Shown in pieces: positions 46,993-61,128 of a stretch of DNA of 64,000 bases. The DNA is taken from contig JAPETS010000001.1 of the NCBI GenBank assembly GCA_026023565.1, forward strand, positions 1,364,001 through 1,428,000, written 5' to 3'. This stretch comes from Cirrosporium novae-zelandiae. Taxonomy: Eukaryota. The translations under genes were made by a program, and so were the position numbers. The first letter of the stretch is position 1. Every line of letters starts with the position of its first letter. The notes under the pieces are model-generated. The model saw only the letters and a list, made by a program, of their open reading frames with translations, was not told the origin of the DNA and searched no databases.

Positions 46993-49050
46993 GATGATGA
47001 TTATTCATTGTTTTATATCTATATACCGTTTAGAAGCTATGACGGACTTTATTCAGGGGTTTTTAGACCCTTTCGTATCCCTTTTCGGGCTTATTTTTAG
47101 CTAAGGTGGTGGGGGTCACCCCTCTGGTTCGGCTATATAGTTTCCCCCCCTTTTTGGATTTTTTAGAATCATCTGATTTATTTAATCGGATAGTTTTTTA
47201 GCCCTATTTCGGTGTTCGTAGCCTATAAATAGGCCTACTCGTATTTATTTTCGATTTTTTTAATTTTTGCTTTCGTATACGTTTATCCCGCGTATCTATT
47301 ACGGACCCCGTTTTTATCTAATATCTACGTCCGGGTCTTTATCCCCCCCGTATCCGGGTTCTACCTATTTTTAATCCAGATACGTTTTATAATTTTCCGT
47401 TTCGTATTTAGCCCAGGACTGGGGTTTCCCTATTTCCGTATTACCCAAAAAACGTATCTAATTTTTAAAAAATTTTCGGTTTTTTAATACGAATACTAGT
47501 TTTTTTTTTTCGGTTATATTAGATTATTAGCTTTTTTATTTTTTTATTATTCCCCGTAATTAGATTTTAACTGTTTTTTAATATAGGTATATTAATATTA
47601 AATAAAGAACGTTTTAATATAAAATCCCGTATTATTAATATTCCGGGATAATAATAATTTTTATACGGTATATATATTTCCTAATAACTGCGTACCCCGT
47701 TTTTATTTAATAAAATCTATTTATCAATTTTTTAAACGTATATTTTAATATCCGATTTTTTTTATATTTTAAATATATTCGATATAATTTATTAAACGAT
47801 TTTTTTATTTTTTAATTATATAATTAATTATACGTTTTTATTATTTATTTTTTAATTATATTATAAATTATATAAATTAACGAAATTTATTCGATTATTT
47901 TATTATTTTTTAATATTATATTTATTTTAGCCGTTTAATTTATTATTTCGTTTTTTAGTATTCCGTAATATTCTAAAATTTATTTAATAACGATTTTCGT
48001 TTTTTAATCTATTAAATATTTAATATATTTATATATTTTTTATATAATTATTTAGTTTTTTTTTAATTTTTTTTTTTCGATTCGTCTGATAATCGTTTAC
48101 GAATTAAATAATATTATTATTTTTTTTTTAGAAATTTTATAATTATTCGAGTATATTTTAATTATTATTTATAAAATCGTTTATATTTTTTAAAATTTTA
48201 TATCGAATATTTTTTTATTTTAATTTAAATAATATTTCCGTATTATTTATAAAAATTTTTCGATTATTTTTTAAATTATTTTTATTTTTATTTTACGGTT
48301 TTTTAATTTAAATTAATTCGATTAATATACGTTTTTCTAATTTTATATTAATATTTCGCTGAAAATTTATTATTTTAAAAATATTATTATTTTTTTTAAT
48401 TATTTAAATTTTTTCGATTTTAAAATTCGGATTTATTATTTTTTAAATTATCGTTATAATTAAATATTAATTTAATATATTTTTTTTAATTTTTTAAATT
48501 TATTAAAAATTTTTTAATAATTATTTTTTTAATTAAATATTTATATTTTTTATTTTAAATATTATCGATAATATTAAATTCGTTAAATTTTTTTCGATTT
48601 TTTAAAAATATCGAAATTTATATTTTTTTTATATAATATTTAATATTATATTTATAAAATATATATAGATTTTTTATATAATTATTATTATTAAAATTAT
48701 TTTATAAATTTTTATTATTAATTTTATAAATCTATTTAATAATTTTTGAAATTCTATTTAATACCCGATTTATTTTTTTCACCAGATCTCGTACCCGTAT
48801 ATATAAATTAATATTATCATCGCTACGATTATTTAACGCGTAAATCCCGTAAATAACCCGTTTCGATAATATATATATTTAATTACGTTTTCCGCGCGTT
48901 TAATTTTAATTAAACGCTGGATATAATAAATTTAAAAATTAAATTTCGGATTTAATTATATATTTAATTATCGTACGTAATTTTTTTTATATTCGATCGG
49001 ATAATTATCGATTTTAATTTTCGGTTTCGTATTTATTTAAATTTAATATA
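46993..49050 (-). mobile_element. LINE copy B, 3' ~2 kb
   Basis: (ATG)n tail at ~46991. Reverse complement of ~53425-55467. Confidence 0.85.
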
Positions 49051-49064
49051 GAATATAATATAAA

Positions 49065-52000
49065 AACAAAACGTTTTTGGTGACCCCACGCCACCAAATC
49101 AATTCACTATTATAACGACTATTATACGAAACAGTTAATATTTATCTAAGGCCTATAAAACCTAGCAGCAATAAGGAAATATCGGGGGCTAAGAACGTAT
49201 ATACCGTCAGCGAAAACCAGACGGATACGAAAAAACGACAGCGCCTAAAAAACGAATCGAATAAACCAGAATAAAATTTTATAATAAAATCTAATAATTC
49301 GGTATTATAATTTTTATTTTAAAAAAAAAACGATTAAACGAAAAAATATTATTGAAAAATTTTACGAAAAAAAAAAAATTTTAAAAAAAAATAAATTAAT
49401 AATCGGAATATTTTAATCGAATAAACGGTTAAATATATAATAATACGTATATTTCCCGTAATCGGGAAAAAAATATATTAGGTTTTAAAAACCGACGATT
49501 TTATAATATAATTACGGGAAATATTTTTCGGTTTAAAAATCCAAATAATCGTTTTAAAAAAACGAAATAATAAAATTATAAAAATTTAAAAAAAAAATTA
49601 AAAAAAATTATATATAATTAAATAAAAATTTTTAATAATTAAAAAAATAATTATAATAATAATCTAAATATTATAAATCCAAATAAAAACCGCAGAAATT
49701 ATATATAATAAAACGGAAAATTTTATAAATAAAAATTATATAATCCCAATAATTAGGCCCGAATAAATAATAAAAAAAAAAAAAATAATATTTTTTTTAA
49801 TAATACCCCGAAGGGGTATAATAGCCGGATCGTAAATATTTAATACGCGGACAATAATATAAATGGATAAAAAAACCCAGAAAAACCCCTAATAAACAGC
49901 AAAAATAATTAAATAGAAAACCCTATCGTTAATACCGAAAACCCCGAAATAGATTCTTATAAAAATAACGCTGGAATTTACAGGATTTATTTATACCAAA
50001 ATAATTAATAAAATAATAAATAAATCTAATAAAAAATAATAAATAATCAAACCCCGTAAAAAAAAACGTATTAATTCCGCAAACAGGGATACAAAAATTG
50101 AAAATCAGAAAATACTGATTTTTAATAAAAAAAAAATTAAATATTCGGGTTCTACGGTATTAATAATAACGGCGATTAATATTAAATTAATTAATTTAAA
50201 TATACCGCCTAAATTATAGATACGGGAAATTTATATTAATAAAAAAAATAATCTAAAAATTATATTTAATAAAAAAATTAATACGGGTATATTAATATCT
50301 AAATATAAATAAAAAATTCTAAAAATCGTAATAAAAATAAATAATACGATAATAGATATACGCCTACTAAAAATTTTATATTAGATAAAAATATAGAAAA
50401 TATCTCTAGAAATATTCGGGGGTCCAGATAAACTAAATCTAATAAAAAAAAATTTAGAAAATATTTATTAATTATTCCGAAATATAGTAATCGTATAAAT
50501 AACGCCGGAAAAATATTATTAAAAACGGATACGAACCGGATTTATATTAAAAAAATATATTATTTCAATTAAAATAAAACTCCCGTTTATAATATACGAA
50601 AAATAAAAAATCGAAAATTATTATTTAACGGGATATAGATTTCGATACACCCGATAATTCACGTTAAAAATAAATAAAACGTATCTAAAATACGTTTAAT
50701 TAAAATATAAATTATTTCTAAAATATAGAAATAAAACTTTTAAATATACGATATACGCGGAAATACACGAAACGTAAAACCACCGGTGTCGGATAATAAA
50801 ATACAAGCTCGCGTATACGGAGATTTATATATATATTCTATTAAAATATACAAACTATCTAGGCCTTTATATAGCCACGGACGGAAAATACCCAGTTACC
50901 CGAAAAATAGGGGCAGAATATATAAAAAAAAAACGCCGAAAAAACGTTATATAATTATTCTACGTATTAATCCTTCTAAAAAAAAAAAAAAATTTAAAAA
51001 ACTTTAATTAAAGACCAAAAACCCCCGAATCCTAGAAAAAAACGGGGGAAAAAACGTAAATAATATCCGAAATATCGATAATATCGAAAATACCGGTAAT
51101 ACCCGTACCGTAAATAAATAACGATATATCCGAATTATAAATAAAAATATTATAATATAATTATTAAAAAAATACGATATAACGATCGTAATTCTAAAAT
51201 CGATTATATAAATTAAAACGGATATAATATTATTATAAAAATTTAATTAAAAATTAAAAAAAAAAATATTATATTCGACGTAAAATTTTTATTAGCCCGA
51301 ATTAAAAATCTAAAGAAAATATAAAATCGTAAAAACGGTTATTATTATATATAAAAATCGAAAAAACGTCGTTTTTAAAATAATTATAAAAACCGATTTA
51401 ATTAATTATTTTTATTTCGTAACGCTGGATATTAATATAATAAACGTAAATAAAAAAATAAAAAATTTAATTAAAATAATTAATATTTATAATTAAAAAT
51501 TAAAAAATATATATTTTTAAAAATAAAACCGATAATAAAAATTTAAAAAAATTTTATAAAATATAGAATAAAAATTTATTTTTAATAATAATAAAATAAT
51601 ATTAATAAAAAAATTTAATATTTATAATTTAATATAAAAATCTGAACGGATTATTAATATAAATAACGCGTTTTTAATAATATTTATAAAAAAATAGAAT
51701 TTAATAATATAAAACGATATTATTTAAAATATTTAATTCGAAAAAAAATTAATTCGTTATTTAATAATTAATTTAATAATAATTAATCCCGTAATAAAAT
51801 TATTTCAAAAATAATTAATAAATACGATAATCGATAATATAAATAATAAATTAAAAATTAATTTAGATTACGTTTTTATTTAATTTAAATAAAAAAATTA
51901 CCGTTTAAAAATAGATTAATTAATCCCGAATTCGTAAAATTTAAAATCGTTAAAAAATTTTTAATAATAAATTAAAACGAAATAAAAATAAAAATTTTAA

Positions 52001-55000
52001 TTAATTACGAAAAATATATTAATTATAAATTATATAAAAACGTAATTAAAAAAGGAAATATAAAAAATTATTATTTAATTAAAAATTATTCTAAATAAAT
52101 ATATAAAATCTAAATAAATATATATTTAATCGAAAATTTAATAAAATCCCGAATATATCGTTAAAAAATACGAATATTATATAATATTTAAAAAAACGAA
52201 ATAAAAACACCGAATTTATAAAAAAATTAAAATAATATTTAAAAAATTTATAAAATTAATTAAAATTAAAAAAAAAAATAAATAAACCGATTTTTTTTAA
52301 ATATATATAAAAAAAAATAATTTAAATAAATTTTTAAATCCTGAAAATATTTAACGGAAATAAAAAATATTAAAATATTATAAATTTTAAAACCGAAATC
52401 CGATATTAACGTTTCGTATAAAAAACGGAAGAATAACGATAGAAATTAAAAATAAAAAAATTTTTATACGGAAATAAATTTTCCCGTTATTTTTAAAAAA
52501 CCCCGAATTTCGGTTTCCGATAAAAAAAATATACGTTTAATAATTATTTAAAAAAATAATACGAAAAACGTTATATATATAAAATACGAATAAAATTCTA
52601 AAATATAACGGAATTTAATTTAGAACGTTCCGTATATTATAATAATAAAATTTTTATAAAATAATAAAAATAATTTAATATTATTTTTAATTAAAATATT
52701 ATTTAATATAATAAAAATATATTTAAAAAATATTATTATTTAAATCCGGAAAAACCGATAAAATATTAATTAAAAAATTATAAAATAATAAATTTATTAT
52801 ATTATTTAAATAAAATAATCGAAAAAATTATAATTAACGTATTAATAAATATATATAAAAATCTAAATAAATTATATAAAAATTAATTTAAATCGAAATA
52901 TAATCGAAACGTAATCGATATATTTACGTATTTAATATATCGAATAAAAAAAAATTTAATTAAAAATAAATAATTTATATTTTATTTATAAACGTAAAAA
53001 AAATATTTAATTATATATTATAATTTAAATTAATATAATATTTAAAATAATTAGAAATCGATAAAAATATTATTAAATAAATAATTAATTTTATAATTTA
53101 ATAAAACGTCGAATTAATAATCGATAGAAAAATATAATTTTAAATTAATATAAAAATAGGGATATTATAAAAATTATTTATATTTCTAATATTATTTTTA
53201 ATATATTATAGCGGGCTATTCGCAGCCGTAAAATAAATAATTTCTAAAATCAAAATTTTATTATTCGTAGACGACGTGAGTTTCTCAATTATTTATATAA
53301 ATAATAAATAAATCCGAAAAACTATTTAATAAACAGCGAAAATAACGGTTTAATAAAAAAAAAAATTAAATTAGAATTCGATATTTAAAAAATTAAAATT
53401 ATAACGTTTTTTGAATTATATAAATATTAAATTTAAATAAATACGAAACCGAAAATTAAAATTAATAATTATTCGATCAAATATAAAAAAAATTACGTAC
53501 GGTAATTAAATATATAATTAAATCCGAAATTTAATTTCTGAATTTATTATATCCAGCGTTTAATTAAAATTAGATACGCGGAAAACGTAATTAAATATAT
53601 ATATTACCAAAACGGGTTATTTACGGGGTTTACGCGCTAAATAACCGTAACGACGATAATATTAATTTATATATATAAATATAAAATCTAATAAAAAAAA
53701 CAGATCGGGTATTAAATAAAATTTCAAAAATTATTAAATAAATTTATAAAATTAATAACGGAAATTTATAAAATAATTCTAATAATAACGATTATATAAA
53801 AAATTTATATATATTCCGTAAATATAATATTAAATATTATATAAAAAAAATATAGATTTCGGTATTTTTAAAAAATTAAAAAAAATTTAACGAATTTAAT
53901 ATTATTAATAACGTTCAAAATAAAAAATATAAATATTTAATTAAAAAAATAATTATTAAAAAAATTTTTAATAAATTTAAAAAATTAAAAAAAATATATT
54001 AAATTAATATTTAATTATAATACTAATCTAAAAAATAATAAATCCGAGTTTTAAAATCGAAAAAATCTAAATAACCGAAAAAAATAGATTTTGAGCGAAA
54101 TATTAATATAGAACTAAAAAAACGTATATTGATTAAACGGATTTAAATTAAAAAACCGTAAAATAAAAACGGGAATAATTTAAAAAATAACCGAAAAAAT
54201 TTTATAGACAATACGGAAATATTATTTAAATTAAAATAAAGAGATATTCGACGTAGAGTTTTAAAGGGCGCAAATAACCCTATAAATAGCGGTTAAAGCG
54301 TACCCAAATAACTATAAAACCCCCGGAAAAAAAATAATAATATTATTTGATTTGCAAACGGCTATCAGGCGGATCGAAAAAAAAAGATTAAAAAAAAACC
54401 AAACGATCGTATAAAAAATATACGAGTATACCAAATATCTAATCGATTAAAAAGCGAAAATTATTATTAAATAAATTCTAAAATATTATAAAATACTAAA
54501 AAACGAAATAATAAATTAAATAATTAAAATAAATACAGCGCTAAAAAATAATAAAATAATTAAATAAATTTCGTTAATTTATATAACCTATAATATAACG
54601 GAAAAATAAATTATAAAAACGTATAACTAATTATATAATTAAAAAATAAAAAAATCGTTTAATAAATCGTATTAAATATATCCGAAATATAAAAAAAATC
54701 GGATATTAAAATACGCGTTTAAAAAATTAATAAATAAATTCTATTAAATAAAAACGGGGTATACCGTTACCGAAGAATATATATACCGTACGAAAATTAT
54801 TATTATTCCAGAATATTAATAATATAGAATTTTATATTAAAATATTCTTTATTTAATATTAATATACCCGCGTTAAAAAACGGTTAAAACCCAATTATAA
54901 AAAATAATAAAAAAATAAAAAAATTAATAATTTAATATAACCGAAAAAAAAAACTAATATTCGTATTAAAAAACCGAAGATTTTTTAAAAATTAAATACG

Positions 55001-55467
55001 TTTTTTAAACGATACGGAAATAAAAAAACCTTAATTTTAAATTAAATACGAAACGGAAAATCGTGAAACGTATCTAGATTAAAAATAGGTAGAACCCGGA
55101 TACGGAAAAAAAAAAAACCCAAATATAAATATTAAATAAAAACTAAACCCGTAATAAATACGCGGGATAAACGTATACGTAAACAAAAACTAAAAAAATC
55201 GAAAATAAATACGAATAAACCTATTTATAAATTACGAACACCGAAATAACGCTAAAAAATTATCCGGTTAAATAAATCAGATAATTCTAAAAAATCTAAA
55301 AAAAAAAGGAAATTATATAATCGAACCAAAAAAATAATCTCTATTATTTTAATTAAAAATAAACCCGAAAAAAAATACGAAAAAATCTAAAAATCCCCGA
55401 ATAAAATCCGTTATAATTTTTAAATAATATATAAATATAAAATAATAAATAATTATTATTATTATTA
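49065..55467 (+). mobile_element. Apparently full-length (~6.4 kb) RIP-inactivated Tad1-like LINE
   Basis: ORF1 zinc-knuckle relics at ~50740-50900 restore by transitions to CTICA.IHET..HRC and CTNCLGPHIATDGKCP. RT relics are the GIPQGSP-like stretch at ~53160 and LFVDDV at 53261-53278. RNase H relics are YWSDGSK (~54127), EIFDVE (54241) and D.QTAIRRI (54349). The mutated (CAT)n tail is at ~55450-55467. Confidence 0.88.
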
Positions 55468-58400
55468 AATTTATTATTTTATAATTTTTAATTAATATTT
55501 TATCGGTTTTTTTAGATTTAAATAATAATATTCTCCGGATATATTTTTATTACGTCGGATAATATTTTAATTAAAAATAATATCGGATTATTTTTATTAT
55601 TTTATTAGGATTTTATTATTATAATATACGTAATATTTTAAATTAAATACCGTTATATTCTAAAATTTTATTCGTATTTTATACGTATAACGTTTTTCGT
55701 ATCGTTTTTTCGGATAATTATTGGGCGAATATTCTCCCGATTAAAAACCGAGATTTAAAATTTTTTAAAAATAATAAAAATATTTATTCTTATATAAAAA
55801 TTTTTTTATTTTTGATTTTTATTATTATTCTCCCGTTTTTTATACGGAACGCCGGTATCGGGTTTCGGTTTTAGAATTTATAATATTTTAATATTTTTTT
55901 ATAAATCCAGCGTTTTTATTTCGTTTTTTTAAATATTATATAGTATTCGTATTTTTTAATAATATATTTAAAATTTTATTAAATTTTCGATTAAACGTAT
56001 ATTTATTTAGATTTTATATATTTATTTAAAATAATTTTTAATTAAATAATAATTTTTTATATTTCGTTTTTTAATTATATTTTTATATAATTTATAATTA
56101 ATATATTTTTCGTAATTAATTAGGATTTTTATTTTTATTTTATTTTAATTTATTATTAAGGATTTTTCAGCGGTTTTAAATTCTATAAATTCGGGATTAA
56201 TTAATCTATTTTTAAACGATAATTTTTTTATTCGAATTAAATAAAAACGTAATTTAAATTAATTTATTATTTATATTATCGGTTATTATATTTATTAATT
56301 ATTTTTAAAATAATTTTATCGCGGGATTAATTATTATTAAATTAATTATTAAATAATAAATCGATTTTTTTCCGAATTAAATATTTTAAATAATATCGTT
56401 TTATATTATTAAATTTTATTTTTTTATAAATATTATTAAAAACGCGTCGTTTATATAAATAATCCGTTCGGGTTTTTATATTAAATTATAAATATTAAAA
56501 TTTTTTATTAATATTATTTTATTATTATTAAAAATAAATATTTATTTTATATTTTATAAAATTTTTTTAAATTTTTATTATCGATTTTATTTTTAAAAAT
56601 ATATATTTTTTAATTTTTAATCGTAAATATTAATTATTTTAATCAGGTTTTTTATTTTTTTATTTATATTTATTATATTAATATTTAGCGTTACGAAATA
56701 AAAATAATTAATTAAATCGGTTTTTATAATTATTTTAAAAATAATATTTTTTCGATTTTTATATATAATAATAACCGTTTTTATAATTTTATATTTTATT
56801 TAAATTTTTAATTCGGATTAATAAAAATTTTATATTAAATATAATATTTTTTTTTTTAATTTTTAATTAAATTTTTATAATAATATTATATCCGTTCCGA
56901 TTTATATAATTAATTTTAAAATTACGATCGTTATATTATATTTTTTATAATAATTATATTATAATATTTTTATTTATAATTTAAATATATCGTTATTTAT
57001 TTATAATATAAATATTATTAGTATTTTCGGTATTATTAATATTTTAAATATTATTTATATTTTTTTTTTTATTTTTTTTAAAATTCGGGGATTTTTAATT
57101 TTTAATTAAAATTTTTTAGATTTATTTTTTTTTTTAAAAAAATTAATATATAAAACGATTATATAACGTTTTTTCGGCGTTTTTTTTTTATATATTCTGT
57201 CTCTGTTTTTCGGGTAACTGGGTATTTTCCGTCCGTGGCTATATAGGGGCCTAGATAATTTGTATATTTCAATAGAATATATATATAAGCCCCCGTATAC
57301 GCGGGTTTGTATCCTATTATCCGATATTAATGGTTTTACGTTTCGTATATTTCCGCGTATATCGTGTATCTAAGGATTCTATTCTTATATTCCAGGAATG
57401 ATTTATATTTTAATTAAATATATTTTAGGCACGTTTTATTTATTTCTAACGTGAATTATCGGGTATATTGAAATTTGCGTCCTATTAAATAATAATTTTC
57501 GATTTTTTATTTTTCGTATATTATAAACGGGAATTTTATTTTAATTAAAATAATAAATTTTTTTAATATAAATCTAATTCGTATTTATTTTTAGCGGTAT
57601 TTTTCCGGCGTTATTTATACGATTACCGTATTTTGGAATAATTAATAAATATTTTCTAGATTTTTTTTTATTAGATTTAATTTATTTAGATTTTTAAATA
57701 TTTTTAAAAATATTTTTTATATTTTTATTTAATATAGGATTTTTAATAAATATATATTTATTATTATATTATTTATTTTTATTATAATTTTTAGAATTTT
57801 TTATTTATATTTAAATATTAATATATTTATATTAATTTTTTTATTAAACGTAATTTTTAAATTATTTTTTTTATTAATATAGATTTCCCGTATTTATAAT
57901 TTAGGCGGTACGTTTAAATTAATTAATTTAGTATTGATCGCTGTTATTATTAATACCGTAGAACCCGAATATTCAATTTTTTTTATTAAAAATTAATATT
58001 TTCTGATTTTTAGTTTTTATATCCCCGTTTATAGAATTAGTACGTTTTTTTTTACGGGGTTTGATTATTTATTATTTTTTAATAGATTTGTCTATTATTC
58101 TACTGGCTATTTTAGTATAAATAAATCCCGTAAATTCCGGCGTTATTTTTATAAAAATCTATTTCGGGGCTTTGGGTGCCAGCGGTAGGGCCTTCTATTT
58201 GGTTATTTTTACCGTTTATTAGAGGTTTTTTTAAATTTTTTTATCCGTTTATATTATTATCCGTATACTAAATATTTACGATCCGATTATTATATTTATT
58301 CGGGATATTATTAAAAAAAATATTATTTTTTTTTTTTTATTATTTGTTCGGGTTTAATTATTAGGATTATATAATTTTTATTTATAGAATTTTCCGCCCC

Positions 58401-59045
58401 GTTATATATAATTTCTGCGGTTTTTATTTAGATTTATAATATTTAAATTATTATTATAATTATTTTTTTAATTATTAGAAATTTTTATTTAATCGTATAT
58501 AATTTTTTTTGATTTTTTTTTTAAATTTTTATAATTTTATTGTTTCGTTTTTTTAAAATAATTATTCGGGTTTTTAAATCGAAAAATATTTTTCGTAATT
58601 ATATTATAAAATCGTCGGTTTTTAGAATTTAATATATTTTTTTTTAATTACGGGAAATATACGTATTATTATATATTTAATTATTTATTCGATTAAAATA
58701 TTTTAATTATTAATCTATTTTTTTTTAAAAATTTTTTTTTTTCGTAAAATTTTTCGATAACGTTTTTTCGTTTAATTATTTTTTTTTTAGAATAAAAATC
58801 GTAATACGGAATCGCTAGATTTTATTATAAAATTTTATTTTAATTCGTTCGATTCGTTTTTTAAATATTACCGTTTTTTTATATCCGTTTAATTTTCGTT
58901 GATAGTACGCACATTTCTAGCCCCCAATATTTTTTTATTATTATTAGATTTTATAGATTTTAGATAAACATTAATTATTTCGTATAACGGTCGTCACAAT
59001 AATGAATTGATTTGGTGGCGCGGGATCACTAAAAGCGTTTTTTTT
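55468..59045 (-). mobile_element. LINE 5' half with intact 5' end
   Basis: Reverse complement of ~49065-52800. It ends in gatttggtggcgcgggatcactaaaagcgtttt and lacks ~140 bp present at ~52220-52360. Confidence 0.85.
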
Positions 59046-60670
59046 TAATTATTTTTTCGTCTTATTTTATTTTTATTAAAAATAGGCCTTTATTCTATAT
59101 TTTATAAAATCTTTTTAAATTTTTGCTATCGGTCTTATTCTTAAAAATATATATTTTTTAATTTTTGGTCGTAAACGTTAATTATCCTGACCAGGTTTTC
59201 TGTTTTTCCGCTTATATTTATTATATTAATATCCAGCGCCACGAAATAAATATAATTAATTAAATCGGTTTTTACGGTTATTTTAAATACGTTATTTTTT
59301 TAGTTTTTACGTATAATAATAACCGTTTTTGTAATTTTATTCTTTATTTAGATTTTTAATTCGGGCTAATAAAAATCTTACGCCGGATATAATATTTTTT
59401 TTTTTAATTTTTAACCAGATTTTTATAATAATATTATATTCGTTCCGATTTATATAATTAATTTTAAAATTATAATTATTATATCGTATTTTTTATAATA
59501 ATTATATTATAATATTTTTATTTATAATTCGGATATATTATTATTTATTTATGGTATAAATATTACTAATATTTTTAATATTATTAATATTTCGGATATT
59601 ATTTACGTTTTTTTTTTATTTTTTTTTAAAATTCGGGGATTTTTAATTTTTAATTAAAACTTTTTAGATTTATCTTTTTTTTTAAAAAAATTAATATATA
59701 GAACGATTATATAACGTTTTTTCGGCGTTTTTTTTTTATATATTCTATTTTTATTTTTCGGGTAATTAGATATTTTCCGTCTATAATTATATAAAGATTT
59801 AAATAATTTATATATTTTAATAAAATATATATATAAATCCCCGTATACGCGGGTTTATATTCTGTTATCCGATACCGGTAATTTTATATTTCGTATATTT
59901 CCACGTATATAATATATTTAAAAATTCTATTTTTATATTTTAATTAAACGTATTTTAAATACGTTTTATTTATTTTTAACGTAAATTATTAAATATATTA
60001 AAATTTACGTTTTATTAAATAATAATTTTCGATTTTTTATTTTTTATATATTATAAACGGGAATCTTATTTTAATTAAAATAATATATTTTTTTAATATA
60101 AATCTAATTCGTATTTATTTTTAATAATATTTTTCCGGTATTATTTATACGATTACTATATTTCGGAATAATTAATAAATATTTTTTAAATTTTTTTTTA
60201 TTAAATTTAATTTATTTAAATTTCTAAATATTTCTAGAAATATTTTTTATATTTTTATTTAATATAGAGTTTTTAATAAATATATATTTATTATTATATT
60301 ATTTATTTTTATTATAATTTTTAAAATTTTTTATTTATATTTAAATATTAATATATCCGTATTAATTTTTTTATCGAATATAATTTTTAGATTATTTTTT
60401 TTATTAATATAAATTTTTTGTACCCGTAATTCAAACGGTATATTTAAATTAATTAATTTAGCGTTGATCGCCGTTACTACTAATACCGTAAAACCTAAAT
60501 ATTTAATTTTTTTTCTGTTAAAAATTAGTATTTTCTGATTTTTAGTTTTTATATCCCCGTCCGTGGAGTTAGTGCGTTTTTTTCTACAGAACTCGATTAT
60601 TTGCTATTTTTTATTAGGTTTGTTTGTTATTCTACTGGCTATTTTAATATAAATAAACCCTGTAGCCGGC
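59046..60670 (-). mobile_element. LINE internal fragment (ORF1 and start of ORF2), 5'-truncated
   Basis: Direct repeat of ~56510-58140. Confidence 0.8.
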
Positions 60671-61128
60671 ACCCCGTATATTTATTACGGGCCCAGTTTT
60701 TATTTAATATTTACGTCTGGGTTTTTTTTTCCCCCGTATCCGGGTTCTATTTATTCTTAATCCAGATACGTTTTATGATTTTCCGTTTCGTATTTAATTT
60801 AGGATTAGGGTTTCTTTATTTCCGTATTATCTAAAAAACGTATCTAATTTTTAAAAAACTTTCGGTTTTTTAATACGAATATCAATTTTTTTTTTTCCGG
60901 TTATTCTGGGCTATTAATCCCCCCGTTTTTTTATTATTTTTTATAAATAGGCCCTAATTATTCTCTAACGCGGGTATATTAATATTAAATAAAATATATT
61001 TTAATATAAAATCCTGTATTATTAATATTCCGGAATAATAATAATTTTTATACGATATATATATTTTTTAATAATGGCGTACCCTATTATTGTTTAATAA
61101 AATCTATTTATTAATTTTTTAAACGTAT
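60671..61128 (-). mobile_element. LINE copy A, continuation
   Basis: Resumes exactly where 46675-46992 stops and is colinear with ~47285-47742. Confidence 0.8.
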
